From NCBI GenBank assembly GCA_963745035.1, contig CAVUVW010000002.1, positions 64,001 through 128,000 on the forward strand: DNA of 64,000 nt, in the 5' to 3' direction. The DNA comes from an uncultured delta proteobacterium. Lineage in GTDB: Bacteria; Desulfobacterota; Binatia; UBA9968. A program made the position numbers and the translations under genes. Below are positions 52,266 through 60,893 of this stretch, piece after piece. The notes under the pieces were generated by a model. That model was given only the letters and a program-made list of their open reading frames with translations, had not been told where the DNA came from and searched no databases. The first letter of the stretch is position 1, and the number at the start of each line of letters is the position of its first letter.

Positions 52266-53378
52266 CTAGCGCAACGGCTGGAAATTGAGGACTTGCGACA
52301 AGACGTTATCGAACAGGGAATAATTGCCGTTGGCCAAACGACCATATCGATGGCGGCTGTTGTGACCATCTTCGTAACCGCGTCGAAACCCCTCGCGGAA
52401 GTAGTGGTTGTAGTCGGTCCGGTTTACATAATAGCCGCTGTACCCGAAGTTGGCGTCCCTATAAGCGTAAGAGTCTTTGTAATTGGCGCGCCAATGGTCG
52501 TCCCGGTCCGCCTTGCCGGCGCGGAAGCCTTCCTGATACCCGTGGTTCGCCGCCCACCGCAGCATTTTCGCGCCGTGTTCGTTGGTCTCGTAGTAGCGCC
52601 CGCCGCGATTGTAGCGATAGATCGAAGGCGTATAGAAATAGGGGTCGCGATCGTAGTCGAATCGATGGTCCCGGAGATGGATGTGCTGCTGACGCAGGCG
52701 CTCCAGATACTGTTCCTGAAAACGAAACTGCGCCGTGCGATTTTGTCGCTGGAGCAGCGCGCCATGCTGTTGCGCGAGACGCTCCTGCTGCTCCAGATGA
52801 TGAACGTACTGCGCCACGCGTTGCTGCTGTTGACTGATACGCTGTTGCTGCTCCCGCTGTGACAGCCGCTGTTCTTGTCTTTGATCTTGCTTACGTTCTT
52901 GCTGTGCGCGGTGTTGCTGTTGCTTGTGGTCCTGCTCTGCGTGCCGCTGCACGCGCTCTTGTTGCTGGGTCTGTTGTTTTACTTGTTGCTCCTGCTGTCT
53001 TTGGTCCTGTTTCTCTTGTTGCTGAACGTGCTTTTGCTGTTGTTTCAGGTCCTGCTCTGCGTGCCGCTGCACGCGCTCTTGCTGCTGGGTCTGTTGTTTT
53101 TGCTGTTGCTGGTGCTCTTTTTGTTCCTGCTTCTGTTCTTGCTGAACGCGTTGTTGCTGTTGCTTCTGATCCTGCTCGGCATGCCGCTGCACGCGTTCCT
53201 GCTGCTGCGTCTGTTGTTTTAGTTGCTGTTGCTGTCTTTGATCTTGCTTCTGTTCTTGCTGAGCGCGCTTTTGCTCTTTTTGCTCTTCCTGCGCGTCGGT
53301 CGGTAGGCTCATTCCCGCCACCGACAGAGTGCTGATGGCGACCCCCATCGCTATCCGGTTTAAAATATTAACTTTCAT
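52266..53378 (-). CDS. Secreted Gln-rich repeat protein with Tyr/Gly/Arg-rich C-terminus
   Basis: Signal peptide; three 40-aa repeats (120-bp period: 52931, 53051, 53171). Confidence 0.85.
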   Translation of the reverse strand: MKVNILNRIAMGVAISTLSVAGMSLPTDAQEEQKEQKRAQQEQKQDQRQQQQLKQQTQQQERVQRHAEQDQKQQQQRVQQEQKQEQKEHQQQQKQQTQQQERVQRHAEQDLKQQQKHVQQQEKQDQRQQEQQVKQQTQQQERVQRHAEQDHKQQQHRAQQERKQDQRQEQRLSQREQQQRISQQQQRVAQYVHHLEQQERLAQQHGALLQRQNRTAQFRFQEQYLERLRQQHIHLRDHRFDYDRDPYFYTPSIYRYNRGGRYYETNEHGAKMLRWAANHGYQEGFRAGKADRDDHWRANYKDSYAYRDANFGYSGYYVNRTDYNHYFREGFRRGYEDGHNSRHRYGRLANGNYSLFDNVLSQVLNFQPLR

Positions 53379-53415
53379 TTGAAGTTCCTCTCTGGCACTG
53401 GGGCGCGCTGCGCGA

Positions 53416-53491
53416 CTACCTCAGTCCGAGGTAGCAGGCGATAACAATCACTAGCCACCACAACACCAACGATGTAGAAAATATTGCTCAT
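53416..53491 (-). CDS. 24-aa single-TM microprotein MSNIFYIVGVVVLVIVIACYLGLR (1-nt frameshift)
   Basis: AAGGAGG RBS; paralog at 59228-59293. Confidence 0.6.
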
Positions 53492-53594
53492 GGCAGTTCC
53501 TCCTTTCTGGCCCGTGATCGATACCCTTGGCCAGCCGCCCATGACTGGGGAAAGAACGGCTGATGCCTCGCTTTTTTCTTACCGTCCGATGAGG

Positions 53595-53729
53595 CTAGAT
53601 GCGGTGATACTTTCGGATCGGTTTCGGATCGGCTTTCGGATCGGCTTTCGGCACCTTTGGTGGCACGTGACCACAGATTGTGCAATAAAACTCCGGAACA
53701 ATATATTTTTCGCAGCGTGGACAAATCAT
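53595..53729 (-). CDS. 44-aa zinc-ribbon microprotein (CPRC...CTIC, PKAD repeats)
   Basis: MICPRCEKYIVPEFYCTICGHVPPKVPKADPKADPKPIRKYHRI*. Confidence 0.55.
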   Translation of the reverse strand: MICPRCEKYIVPEFYCTICGHVPPKVPKADPKADPKPIRKYHRI

Positions 53730-53807
53730 AGTGTTAATTCGTTTCGTTTACATAGGCGTTGACCAAAAGCGCGAAATCAGTAAACATAAGTGCCTAGAAT
53801 TTTGTCG

Positions 53808-53942
53808 ATGAAAAAAGTCAGGATCTTCTGTACGCGTTGTCAAACTTTCTTCGTTATCCGTCTCTCCTCATTGAAAGAATTGGTTAAGTGCCCAAAATGC
53901 AAAAAGTCTGACATGTTGGAGTTTCCGGAGCGTCAAGAATGA
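53808..53942 (+). CDS. 44-aa zinc-ribbon microprotein (CTRC...CPKC)
   Basis: MKKVRIFCTRCQTFFVIRLSSLKELVKCPKCKKSDMLEFPERQE*. Confidence 0.6.
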   Translation: MKKVRIFCTRCQTFFVIRLSSLKELVKCPKCKKSDMLEFPERQE

Positions 53943-54150
53943 ACCACTCGTCCAAATCATAAATTCGGGTTCCGTCACTCATTACACCCCTACTTTTCTC
54001 ATCAATGATCCGGAGATGGTCTTTTTTATCGCAGCGACAATTTCATCCTCTGACGGCGGGTGCTGGGACTCGACAAATACGAGCGAGGTAACGGTTTGAC
54101 CTCGGCTGTATGGATCGCGCCCACTGTGAAATGTCACGGGATAAACCATG

Positions 54151-54747
54151 CTATTCCCGTTTCACATGAGTGAGGGAAGAGGCCATTTGCCCTACGCTTG
54201 GATGAAATAGACCACCCGGTTTCCATGGAGTACCGATCATTGGCAGTAGCCACCGATCAAGCCCGATCCAACCTGCGTTGCGCCATGCCAGAACTAGCCA
54301 AGTTGCGATGGCGAAAAGGAGCCCGTTAGTTGATGCGGAGCCCGCCATGATGAAGCTCCAATTCATAAGCCCGCCGCCGAACGCCGCTAGACCGGTAAAT
54401 GCACCGAGAATCAAACACAAAGCCACCGCAAGCTCGCCAAAGACAATCACCTTGGAGAACCAAGTATGTGCTTCTGAATTGACGAGAAACTCAATGAACG
54501 ATCGATACCAATCGACCGCGATGACAGGCTTGGGTGTCATCTTGAGACCCCTAGTCCAGTAATCCAATAAAGCCTCGCCGGTTCCCATCCACCTCGGATC
54601 AACGAACTTATGCCAGCCAGCGGTTAACCACTCCCAACCAAGATAGAGCCGAAGTGGAAGCCAGAACCATCCGAACCGGCTATCTCCGAACAGTAGGCGC
54701 GCAAGTCGTGGCTCTTGGATGACCTTTTCCTCATTGCTTGTTGGCAT
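54151..54747 (-). CDS. DoxX family membrane protein (TQO DoxD-like)
   Basis: LRLYLGWEWL.AGW.K, FGELAVAL.LILG, MN..F.MAG, GLD. Confidence 0.88.
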   Translation of the reverse strand: MPTSNEEKVIQEPRLARLLFGDSRFGWFWLPLRLYLGWEWLTAGWHKFVDPRWMGTGEALLDYWTRGLKMTPKPVIAVDWYRSFIEFLVNSEAHTWFSKVIVFGELAVALCLILGAFTGLAAFGGGLMNWSFIMAGSASTNGLLFAIATWLVLAWRNAGWIGLDRWLLPMIGTPWKPGGLFHPSVGQMASSLTHVKRE

Positions 54748-55153
54748 TTGCCTCTGGCCCTTTTCTATCTTTTGCCCAGTTGGGGTTATGTAGCACTAGA
54801 CGACATCACACATGGTGGAATTAAAGCCGAGTTCTCTTCTTCCGCGCTCTCCCAATGACATCGTTCGCCGATCTGCTCGGTGGCCATACGCTTCCTTCGC
54901 TCGAAGTCCGACGCGTCATGCGTCGCTTGTGTCGCGAGTACGGCCATGGCACGGGTGTCGCCAATCCAATACGTGCCGCATCCGTTTGTTCGGACGCCTT
55001 GTCCTCTGCACATTAACTTAAACGACGCGGTATTCATCTTTGTCTCTCTTCGCGCCTGAGTAAGGCAACATAATACGAATTAGCAAATTCCAGATCGCCG
55101 ATAGCCCTGATCTACCTTTTAGCTTTGGATTGATGCTTTCACCCTTAACGCTG

Positions 55154-55206
55154 ATGATAGCCAACCCTAAGCCGATTAAAAAACGGCGATTGTCTAATAC
55201 TGAACC
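55154..55206 (-). promoter_or_regulatory. Conserved promoter module: palindrome TGTCTAATACTGAACC (55191-55206) plus GG-N10-GC/TATCAT
   Basis: Near-duplicate of 36242-36294; sits directly after the Crp/Fnr gene. Confidence 0.65.
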
Positions 55207-55249
55207 AATCTAGAAGCTTTGTTTTGAATCGGAGGATATAAGACGGGCA

Positions 55250-55928
55250 CTAGGCAATCTGCGCTAGGTAATCGGTGAGCTTGTGTTCCTTGATGATGAG
55301 AAAATGATCGCTGTTGGTTTCGATCAATCCCAGGTTGCGAAATCTTTGCATGAAGAAGCTGATCCGAGGCCGCGTCGTGCCCACCATCTCGGAGAATTCT
55401 TCATGCGAAATCTTCAGCTCGATGCGAATGCTGCGCGGGTCCTTCTTGCCCATGGTGCGGGCCAACTGCAACAACGTCTGGCCCAGCCTCTGCTCGCTAT
55501 CCACCGTCACTAGATTGGCGATGACCTGCTGTTGGTCGGCAACGCGCACCGCCAGGTAGCGCACGAACCCTTCGAATAGCGAGTCACGGCTAAGACGTGC
55601 AAAAAACTGCGAGCAGGGAATTCGCTTTAACTTCGTTTCAGTCATCGCCGTCGCGCTTTCGTGACGCGCCAACCCGGCTAGGCACAGCTCGCCGAAAATA
55701 TCGCCGCCGCCATGGATGGCCAGCAGGCATTCTTTGCCTTCGGGCGAGAGCAGGAGCAGTTTGATCTGCCCGGTCTCGATGAAATAGACCAGTCTCGTCC
55801 TGGTCGCCGCAGTTGTAAACACTCGCGTGCCGCGGGATCGTCACGGCGCGAGAGTTCAACGTCTCGTGCCGCAACGAATCGCGCATTTGCTGTTTGAACC
55901 GTTCCGCTTCGGGAGTCTGCTGGATCAT
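55250..55928 (-). CDS. Crp/Fnr family transcriptional regulator (frameshift near 55790)
   Basis: VY..GD...VYFIETG.IKL, GDIFGELC, SEQRL...LL.LA, ISHEEFSEMVGTTRPRISFFM. Confidence 0.92.
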
Positions 55929-56049
55929 AGTTCACTTCTCTGACTAGCGCTGGGCCCAATCCCCGGGCGCTCTTTCGAGGCGGTCCCCCTCAGGCTTACC
56001 TGATAATTTCAAGTAACCTCGAGAGTAAAACCCTGTGCCTTTAATTGAT

Positions 56050-56199
56050 TTAAAGCCGGCCGCTGAGCATCATAGCGACGACAATCAGCAGCACCACGCC
56101 CGCTATGCCCGACGGTGCAAAACCAAACTTGTGATAACCCCAGTTCGGCAGAGTTCCTACCAGAAACAGAACTAATAGGATCAACAGTATCAGGCTCAT
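56050..56199 (-). CDS. DUF3309 family small membrane protein
   Basis: MSLILLILLVLFLVGTLPNWGYHKFGFAPSG...GRL*. Confidence 0.85.
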   Translation of the reverse strand: MSLILLILLVLFLVGTLPNWGYHKFGFAPSGIAGVVLLIVVAMMLSGRL

Positions 56200-56244
56200 G
56201 TTAGCTTCCTTCTTTCAGTTCTCTCTTTTTTAACAGACATTAAG

Positions 56245-56260
56245 CGCACGTTATGTGCCA
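56245..56260 (-). promoter_or_regulatory. Putative sigma54 promoter TGGCACATAACGTGCG
   Basis: GG-N10-GC, 46 nt above the DUF3309 start. Confidence 0.55.
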
Positions 56261-56433
56261 GTTCCAGCGCTTGGTAAGAAACTGAATTTCGCTAGAGATT
56301 CTTATCGAGCAGAAAGAGACCAAGGGACGGTTCGGCGAAAGAGTCGCAACGATCGACCATATGGTCGAGTTGCAGGGAATGAGTTGTGCGTTGGAACAAT
56401 GCCGACCGGCGTAGCCATAATTATTTTCGGGAA

Positions 56434-56449
56434 TGTTCAATATTGGACA
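56434..56449. promoter_or_regulatory. Palindromic site TGTTCAATATTGGACA
   Basis: Near-perfect palindrome between divergent genes. Confidence 0.65.
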
Positions 56450-56534
56450 GCAATGGTCGCTGCACCAGAGCAGCATGAGGCTTAAAAGAGGACAACCTGC
56501 GTGGTTCCAAACTTGTATTTAAGGGAGGTGTCTT

Positions 56535-56882
56535 ATGGATTGGGATAAAATCAAGCTGGGTTCGTGGAGTGCACTCGGCGGGGCGGTAGTATTGGCCCTC
56601 GTCGGATTCAACTACGGCGGATGGGTTACAGGCGGGACGGCAGCGGCAATGGCTAAGGAAACCGCCGCCGATAGCGTCGCCGAGCGCTTGGGATCGATCT
56701 GCGTCGCGCAGTTCCACCGGGACTCGGAGAAGGACCAGAAGCTCAAAGAAATGAAGGGCAAAGATACTTGGGACGTGGGCCGCTATATTGAAAAGCAGAG
56801 TTGGGCGATCATGCCGGGTGAAGATAAATCCGATAGTAAAGTCGCCGATTCGTGCGCCAAGCAGCTCGCAGCGAAGGCGTAA
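56535..56882 (+). CDS. Conserved hypothetical membrane-anchored protein
   Basis: GGAGG RBS; GF..GGWVTGGTA motif and two Cys. Confidence 0.75.
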   Translation: MDWDKIKLGSWSALGGAVVLALVGFNYGGWVTGGTAAAMAKETAADSVAERLGSICVAQFHRDSEKDQKLKEMKGKDTWDVGRYIEKQSWAIMPGEDKSDSKVADSCAKQLAAKA

Positions 56883-56958
56883 TCAGCCGCGGCAACGATC
56901 GCCGGTCAACAATGCATTTTTTTCGCTGACCCTATCAATCAAATAAGGAGTAATAATC

Positions 56959-57081
56959 ATGAGCAAAGGCAAGGACAGTAAAAAACAAGAGAAGAAGAAA
57001 CCCCTGAAGACCTTGATGGAAAAAAGAGCCGCGAAAAGGGCTAAGAAAGAGAACAAATCCTTTTCGCTCGTCGTCAAATGA
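56959..57081 (+). CDS. 40-aa Lys-rich microprotein MSKGKDSKKQEKKKPLKTLMEKRAAKRAKK...
   Basis: TAAGGAG RBS; manual translation. Confidence 0.7.
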   Translation: MSKGKDSKKQEKKKPLKTLMEKRAAKRAKKENKSFSLVVK

Positions 57082-57255
57082 TTCGGTCGACGCAAGAGTC
57101 CGTAGAACTTAGATCGGTGCCCTCTCGCTCGATGGTAAACGCCGATATCTTCTAAAGGGTCATGCAGCTCAAAATAAAGAGCGGCTGAACAAAAGACGCG
57201 CTGCTCGCAACTGTTCCTCGGCATTGCCGGTGTGGCGCAGGAACGCGCATTTCCG

Positions 57256-57489
57256 CTAAGACGACTTGCTAGATCCGACCCCGACCAGCACAGCGCCGCC
57301 CATAAGCACCAACCCGATCAACAGCGGTGACATCGGAATGATCTTCCTGCTATTGACGCTGGTGTAAAGGGAGCCAACATCGATAACCTTCTCGCCGCTT
57401 CTGTAGGGAATGCCGCGATAAGCAAAAGCCACGATCCCAAGAACGATAAGAGCGGCTCCCGCAAGTGTTATTATCGAATTCATTCGCAT
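57256..57489 (-). CDS. DUF3185-like small two-TM protein
   Basis: G..LIVLGI......I.Y...EKVID.G.L......K.IP..P. Confidence 0.7.
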   Translation of the reverse strand: MRMNSIITLAGAALIVLGIVAFAYRGIPYRSGEKVIDVGSLYTSVNSRKIIPMSPLLIGLVLMGGAVLVGVGSSKSS

Positions 57490-57670
57490 GATATTGATTC
57501 CTTCGTTTCTTTGAGCCGATATGCTTCGAGTCCACTTGATACGGGCGCATGCGAGTTGACGATTACTGCAGAGTAAAACCGCAAGGAAACAAAAAATATG
57601 CTTCACAGATCCGTTGTCATCAATTTTCTCCTGTTCGGTTGGACTGAGCTAGGAGCGGTTAAGTCGGGCA

Positions 57671-57817
57671 CTATAATTTCTTCTTCACGGCGTCAGCCGC
57701 GTCCTGAGTCTTTTCGCCCGCCCGCTCAACATCTCGGCCAAAACCCTGGACCGTATTACAAGCCACGTTCGTGCCTAACAGGAGCAACATGAGTGTTGCG
57801 CAAATCATCGCGCGCAT
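57671..57817 (-). CDS. Entericidin A/B family lipoprotein
   Basis: ACNTVQGFGRDVERAGE. Confidence 0.9.
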   Translation of the reverse strand: MRAMICATLMLLLLGTNVACNTVQGFGRDVERAGEKTQDAADAVKKKL

Positions 57818-57868
57818 AAATGTGTTATCTCCATTCTTGGTCTTAATGATCGCACACCAATGATGAGG

Positions 57869-57884
57869 AGCACTATCTGTGCCG
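57869..57884 (-). promoter_or_regulatory. Putative sigma54 promoter CGGCACAGATAGTGCT
   Basis: GG-N10-GC upstream of entericidin. Confidence 0.55.
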
Positions 57885-58227
57885 GACCTTGCGAGGAGAG
57901 AAACGCTGTGTTTCCGATAGCTTCGTGAGGCTGTTGGAGAGAAGCGAAGAAACGGCTCGTTAGACGAGTCGATACTTTCGACCAAAGAGTCGAATCAAGT
58001 CAGGGTGAAGGGCGAGTAGAACAGGCTCGCGCGAACATGTCCTGAGCAAATGTCGAAAGGGACGCAAGCTCGTCAAGGTGACGGGTTGAGACCCGTCATC
58101 CTGAGGATCTAAGAAAGATTCTCCCTTCAGTCGAAATGACAATGCGCACTCTCGGCTCGGCCAAGCGATCGGAACTGATGCGTCCCTTGGCGGAGTTTTC
58201 GCTCGTTCTGGCTTTTTAGCGCTCCGT

Positions 58228-59214
58228 TCAACTACGCGGCGTTGGCGTTTCCCCGGGGGTGGCTTTCGATCCGTATCGGGTCGCGTAGACTTGGGTCAGT
58301 TCGGCGCCGAAGAAAAACATGAGAGATGAATAGTAGACCCATAATAAAAGAGTAACGAGGGAACCGGCCGCGCCATAGACCGACGTGACCATGCTGTGGC
58401 CGAGATAAAACCCGATAAGAAATTTTCCGACCGAAAATAGCAGTGCAGCCGCGGCCGCGCCGATCCAGACATCTTTCCATGCGATTCGAACGTCGGGCAC
58501 GAATTTATAGATGAGGGCGAAAAGCAGTGTGATAAACGCAAACGAGATAGTGAGGTCCAAGATGTACCCCGTGGCAGCGTGGATCGGCAAAAAGCCGTTT
58601 ACTATTCCCGAAACCGCGGTTAAAAGCGCGCTGACAACCAGTGAGACGATTAATAAAAATCCCACCCCCAGTACCATGGAATACGAGATCAGGCGATCCT
58701 GCACGAACCCCATCAGGCCGCGACCGGTTTTGGACGCCACCCGCCAGATGGCATTGAGGGAGTCTTGCAGTTGTCCGATCACGGCTGCGGCCCCGAGCAA
58801 CAAGAGAATCATGCCGGCGGCAGTGGCAAAGAATCCTGCGTCCGGCCTTTGACCGGCGCTTTCGATCATCGCCAGGAGGGCGCGCGCGCTGTGAAATCCG
58901 ACGATGTCCTGAATTGCGCCGATGATCTGAACTTGGGAAGCTTCTCGCCCGAATACCGAGCCGGCCACGGCGATGGCGATCAGCAACAGCGGCGCTATTG
59001 AAAACAGCGTGTAGTAAGCCAGAGCCGCGCCCATTTGAAACGGGTTATCAGCGAACCACTGAAAAAACGCATCCCGCGTAAGCAGCCCGAACCCCTTCAG
59101 GGTCATGGCTTTCCCGGCCGAGCGAACGTCACCGGCCGAGCCTCCCGCGGAATGATCTATTTGACCATCCGCCGTTGCCGCGCCGGCCAGAGTGGGCGGG
59201 TCATTCCTAGACAC
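58228..59214 (-). CDS. YihY/virulence factor BrkB family membrane protein
   Basis: AALAYYTLFSIAPL, LNAIW, YGAAGS...LLWVYYS..FFGAE. Confidence 0.93.
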   Translation of the reverse strand: MSRNDPPTLAGAATADGQIDHSAGGSAGDVRSAGKAMTLKGFGLLTRDAFFQWFADNPFQMGAALAYYTLFSIAPLLLIAIAVAGSVFGREASQVQIIGAIQDIVGFHSARALLAMIESAGQRPDAGFFATAAGMILLLLGAAAVIGQLQDSLNAIWRVASKTGRGLMGFVQDRLISYSMVLGVGFLLIVSLVVSALLTAVSGIVNGFLPIHAATGYILDLTISFAFITLLFALIYKFVPDVRIAWKDVWIGAAAAALLFSVGKFLIGFYLGHSMVTSVYGAAGSLVTLLLWVYYSSLMFFFGAELTQVYATRYGSKATPGETPTPRS

Positions 59215-59227
59215 AGAGGCGCCCTCG

Positions 59228-59293
59228 CTATCTCAGTCCGAAATAGCCGGCAATGAAAAGCACAACCACAATGACACCGATGATGTAAAACAT
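59228..59293 (-). CDS. 21-aa single-TM microprotein MFYIIGVIVVVLFIAGYFGLR
   Basis: AAGGA RBS; paralog of 53416-53491. Confidence 0.6.
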   Translation of the reverse strand: MFYIIGVIVVVLFIAGYFGLR

Positions 59294-59576
59294 ATTATTC
59301 TTCCTTCTTTCGTGAATGGATCAACGTCGAACCGGATGCTGCACGACGGCCTCTGCCGGGTCCGGAATCACGTCTATGCGTTCAAAGCTTTTTTATAATT
59401 CCAAGCGCAGCATTCATCTTCGCTACCTGTAGGCAACGATCGATTGGGGCTGCTCGACCAGGTACGGCCTTCGTCCAGCCTGTACAGCTTAACGCGGCGG
59501 CCTTGGATTTCAGTTTCGTATTTCCGAGTCTTTCAACTCAGCTTGTTCGACGTGTTTTCTCCGCAATCGAACCGCG

Positions 59577-59657
59577 TTATCGGCGCCAACGAGAGTATCC
59601 CCAACCGCCGCCACCGAGCAAAACCAACACGAGAATAACGATCAATAAAGTATCCAT
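59577..59657 (-). CDS. 26-aa microprotein MDTLLIVILVLVLLGGGGWGYSRWRR (DUF3309-like)
   Basis: AAGGAG RBS; manual translation. Confidence 0.7.
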   Translation of the reverse strand: MDTLLIVILVLVLLGGGGWGYSRWRR

Positions 59658-59695
59658 AAATTTCTCCTTTTGCTGTCTGTCATTGTTGATAGAGC

Positions 59696-59711
59696 AGCAT
59701 TATCCGGGCCA
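59696..59711 (-). promoter_or_regulatory. Putative sigma54 promoter TGGCCCGGATAATGCT
   Basis: GG-N10-GC, 39 nt above ATG 59657. Confidence 0.5.
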
Positions 59712-59989
59712 GGTCCCGTCCCGGAGGGAATGGCTGTGTTTCCAATGGCTTGTCGCAGACTGTCAGAGGAAAAAGAGGAGCGGCTCGTTAAGAGCGTCGA
59801 GACTATCGACCGAAAGGTCGAATGACAATGCCGTAGAGCCATTTGCGGTTCCATCTCGCCTTCGCGGTAATAAACCGACGATCAACCATGAGGCCGAGTG
59901 AAAAAGCACCCGTCTGCAGCAGAATCATCACGACGATCAAAATGGTTGCGAGCATATCGCTCCTCCGTAAAGGACTATCGAAACTGATG

Positions 59990-60005
59990 CGCAAGCCTTA
60001 TGCCG
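59990..60005 (-). promoter_or_regulatory. Putative sigma54 promoter CGGCATAAGGCTTGCG
   Basis: GG-N10-GC upstream of a degenerate DUF3309-like ORF (59803-59956). Confidence 0.5.
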
Positions 60006-60199
60006 CAACTCTTCTTTGGAAAGGCTGAACGTTTTGATAGATTTTCTTGGCGGGTCAGGATGCGCAACCGGAGAAGGCTCGTCGAAAGCGTCGAGACTTT
60101 CGACTAAACGGTCGTGTTAGGCACGGCACGATGAAACGGCTGAATGAGGATACCGGGGAACACCGCCGGTCAACGATTTCTCTTTTGAGCGATTCGTCT

Positions 60200-60772
60200 T
60201 CAGAATCCATCGTGATGATGCGGATGCAGCCGGTCTTTCTTGTGTAACGACTTACGCTGACTCCGAGCCAATTTCTCTCTAAAACTGAACCGCTTTGAAA
60301 TAACCTGTGAGACTGACACATGCACTCGGCGATCCGCGCTACTAACCAGTATAGATTTCGGACTGGGATTCGAGACCTTGGAGTGGCCATTGGCCGGTTG
60401 TTTTCGGGGACCGTGTTCCTGCCAGTATTTGAGTCCCCGCCGGATATACTGCGGGCGTAAATCGAGCGCGTCGCAAACAGAGAGAAAGGAGAAAAGCCAC
60501 CGGGAGTCATCGCTAAACAACCACTCCTCGGCTTCCTCGCCCAATCGCCTGGCGCGCCGTGTGGCGGTAGAGACAAACTGTTCCTGAAAGGACTCCACGG
60601 CATCTCGAAGGATAGCGCACATTAACGCTGCTTCCGGCTGCCGCGCGGCGTGGCTGGCACGACCGTATAGCGCTTCCTCCGGAAGGAGACCGTCGCCTAA
60701 CCGCGCCCTATGGTCAGCGGGTACGACCCGCGTCGATGCATTTTGGTATGACTGTATCGGTGTAGCATCCAT
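60200..60772 (-). CDS. Uncharacterised helical protein, family A
   Basis: GAGGAGG RBS; PEAALMCAILRDAV, EAEEWLFSDD, FSFLSVCDALDLRPQYIR. Confidence 0.8.
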   Translation of the reverse strand: MDATPIQSYQNASTRVVPADHRARLGDGLLPEEALYGRASHAARQPEAALMCAILRDAVESFQEQFVSTATRRARRLGEEAEEWLFSDDSRWLFSFLSVCDALDLRPQYIRRGLKYWQEHGPRKQPANGHSKVSNPSPKSILVSSADRRVHVSVSQVISKRFSFREKLARSQRKSLHKKDRLHPHHHDGF

Positions 60773-60893
60773 ATTGCCCTCCTCGCTCCTAAAGACAAAT
60801 ATTTTCTTTTCCAGATTCCAGCTCGCGAGCCGCTCCATTCCCGGTCTGCCTATCCAACGTTCGCACAGCGGGTTCTTCCGCTCTTCTGCAACT

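Noticed and set aside
52875-53222. Leu-rich plus-strand membrane ORF
   Set aside because: Antisense reading of the CAG/CAA codons of the Gln-rich gene
53613-53651. GATCGG(C)TTTCG tandem as iterons or operator repeats
   Set aside because: Explained as PKAD codon repeats of the 44-aa zinc-ribbon ORF
7337-55822. Frameshifts in actE, four-helix gene, SBP, XDH, ECF sigma, PMM, HK, OmpA and Crp as programmed frameshifting or mass pseudogenisation
   Set aside because: Scattered single-base indels without slippery sites, in otherwise intact conserved genes; best explained as long-read consensus error
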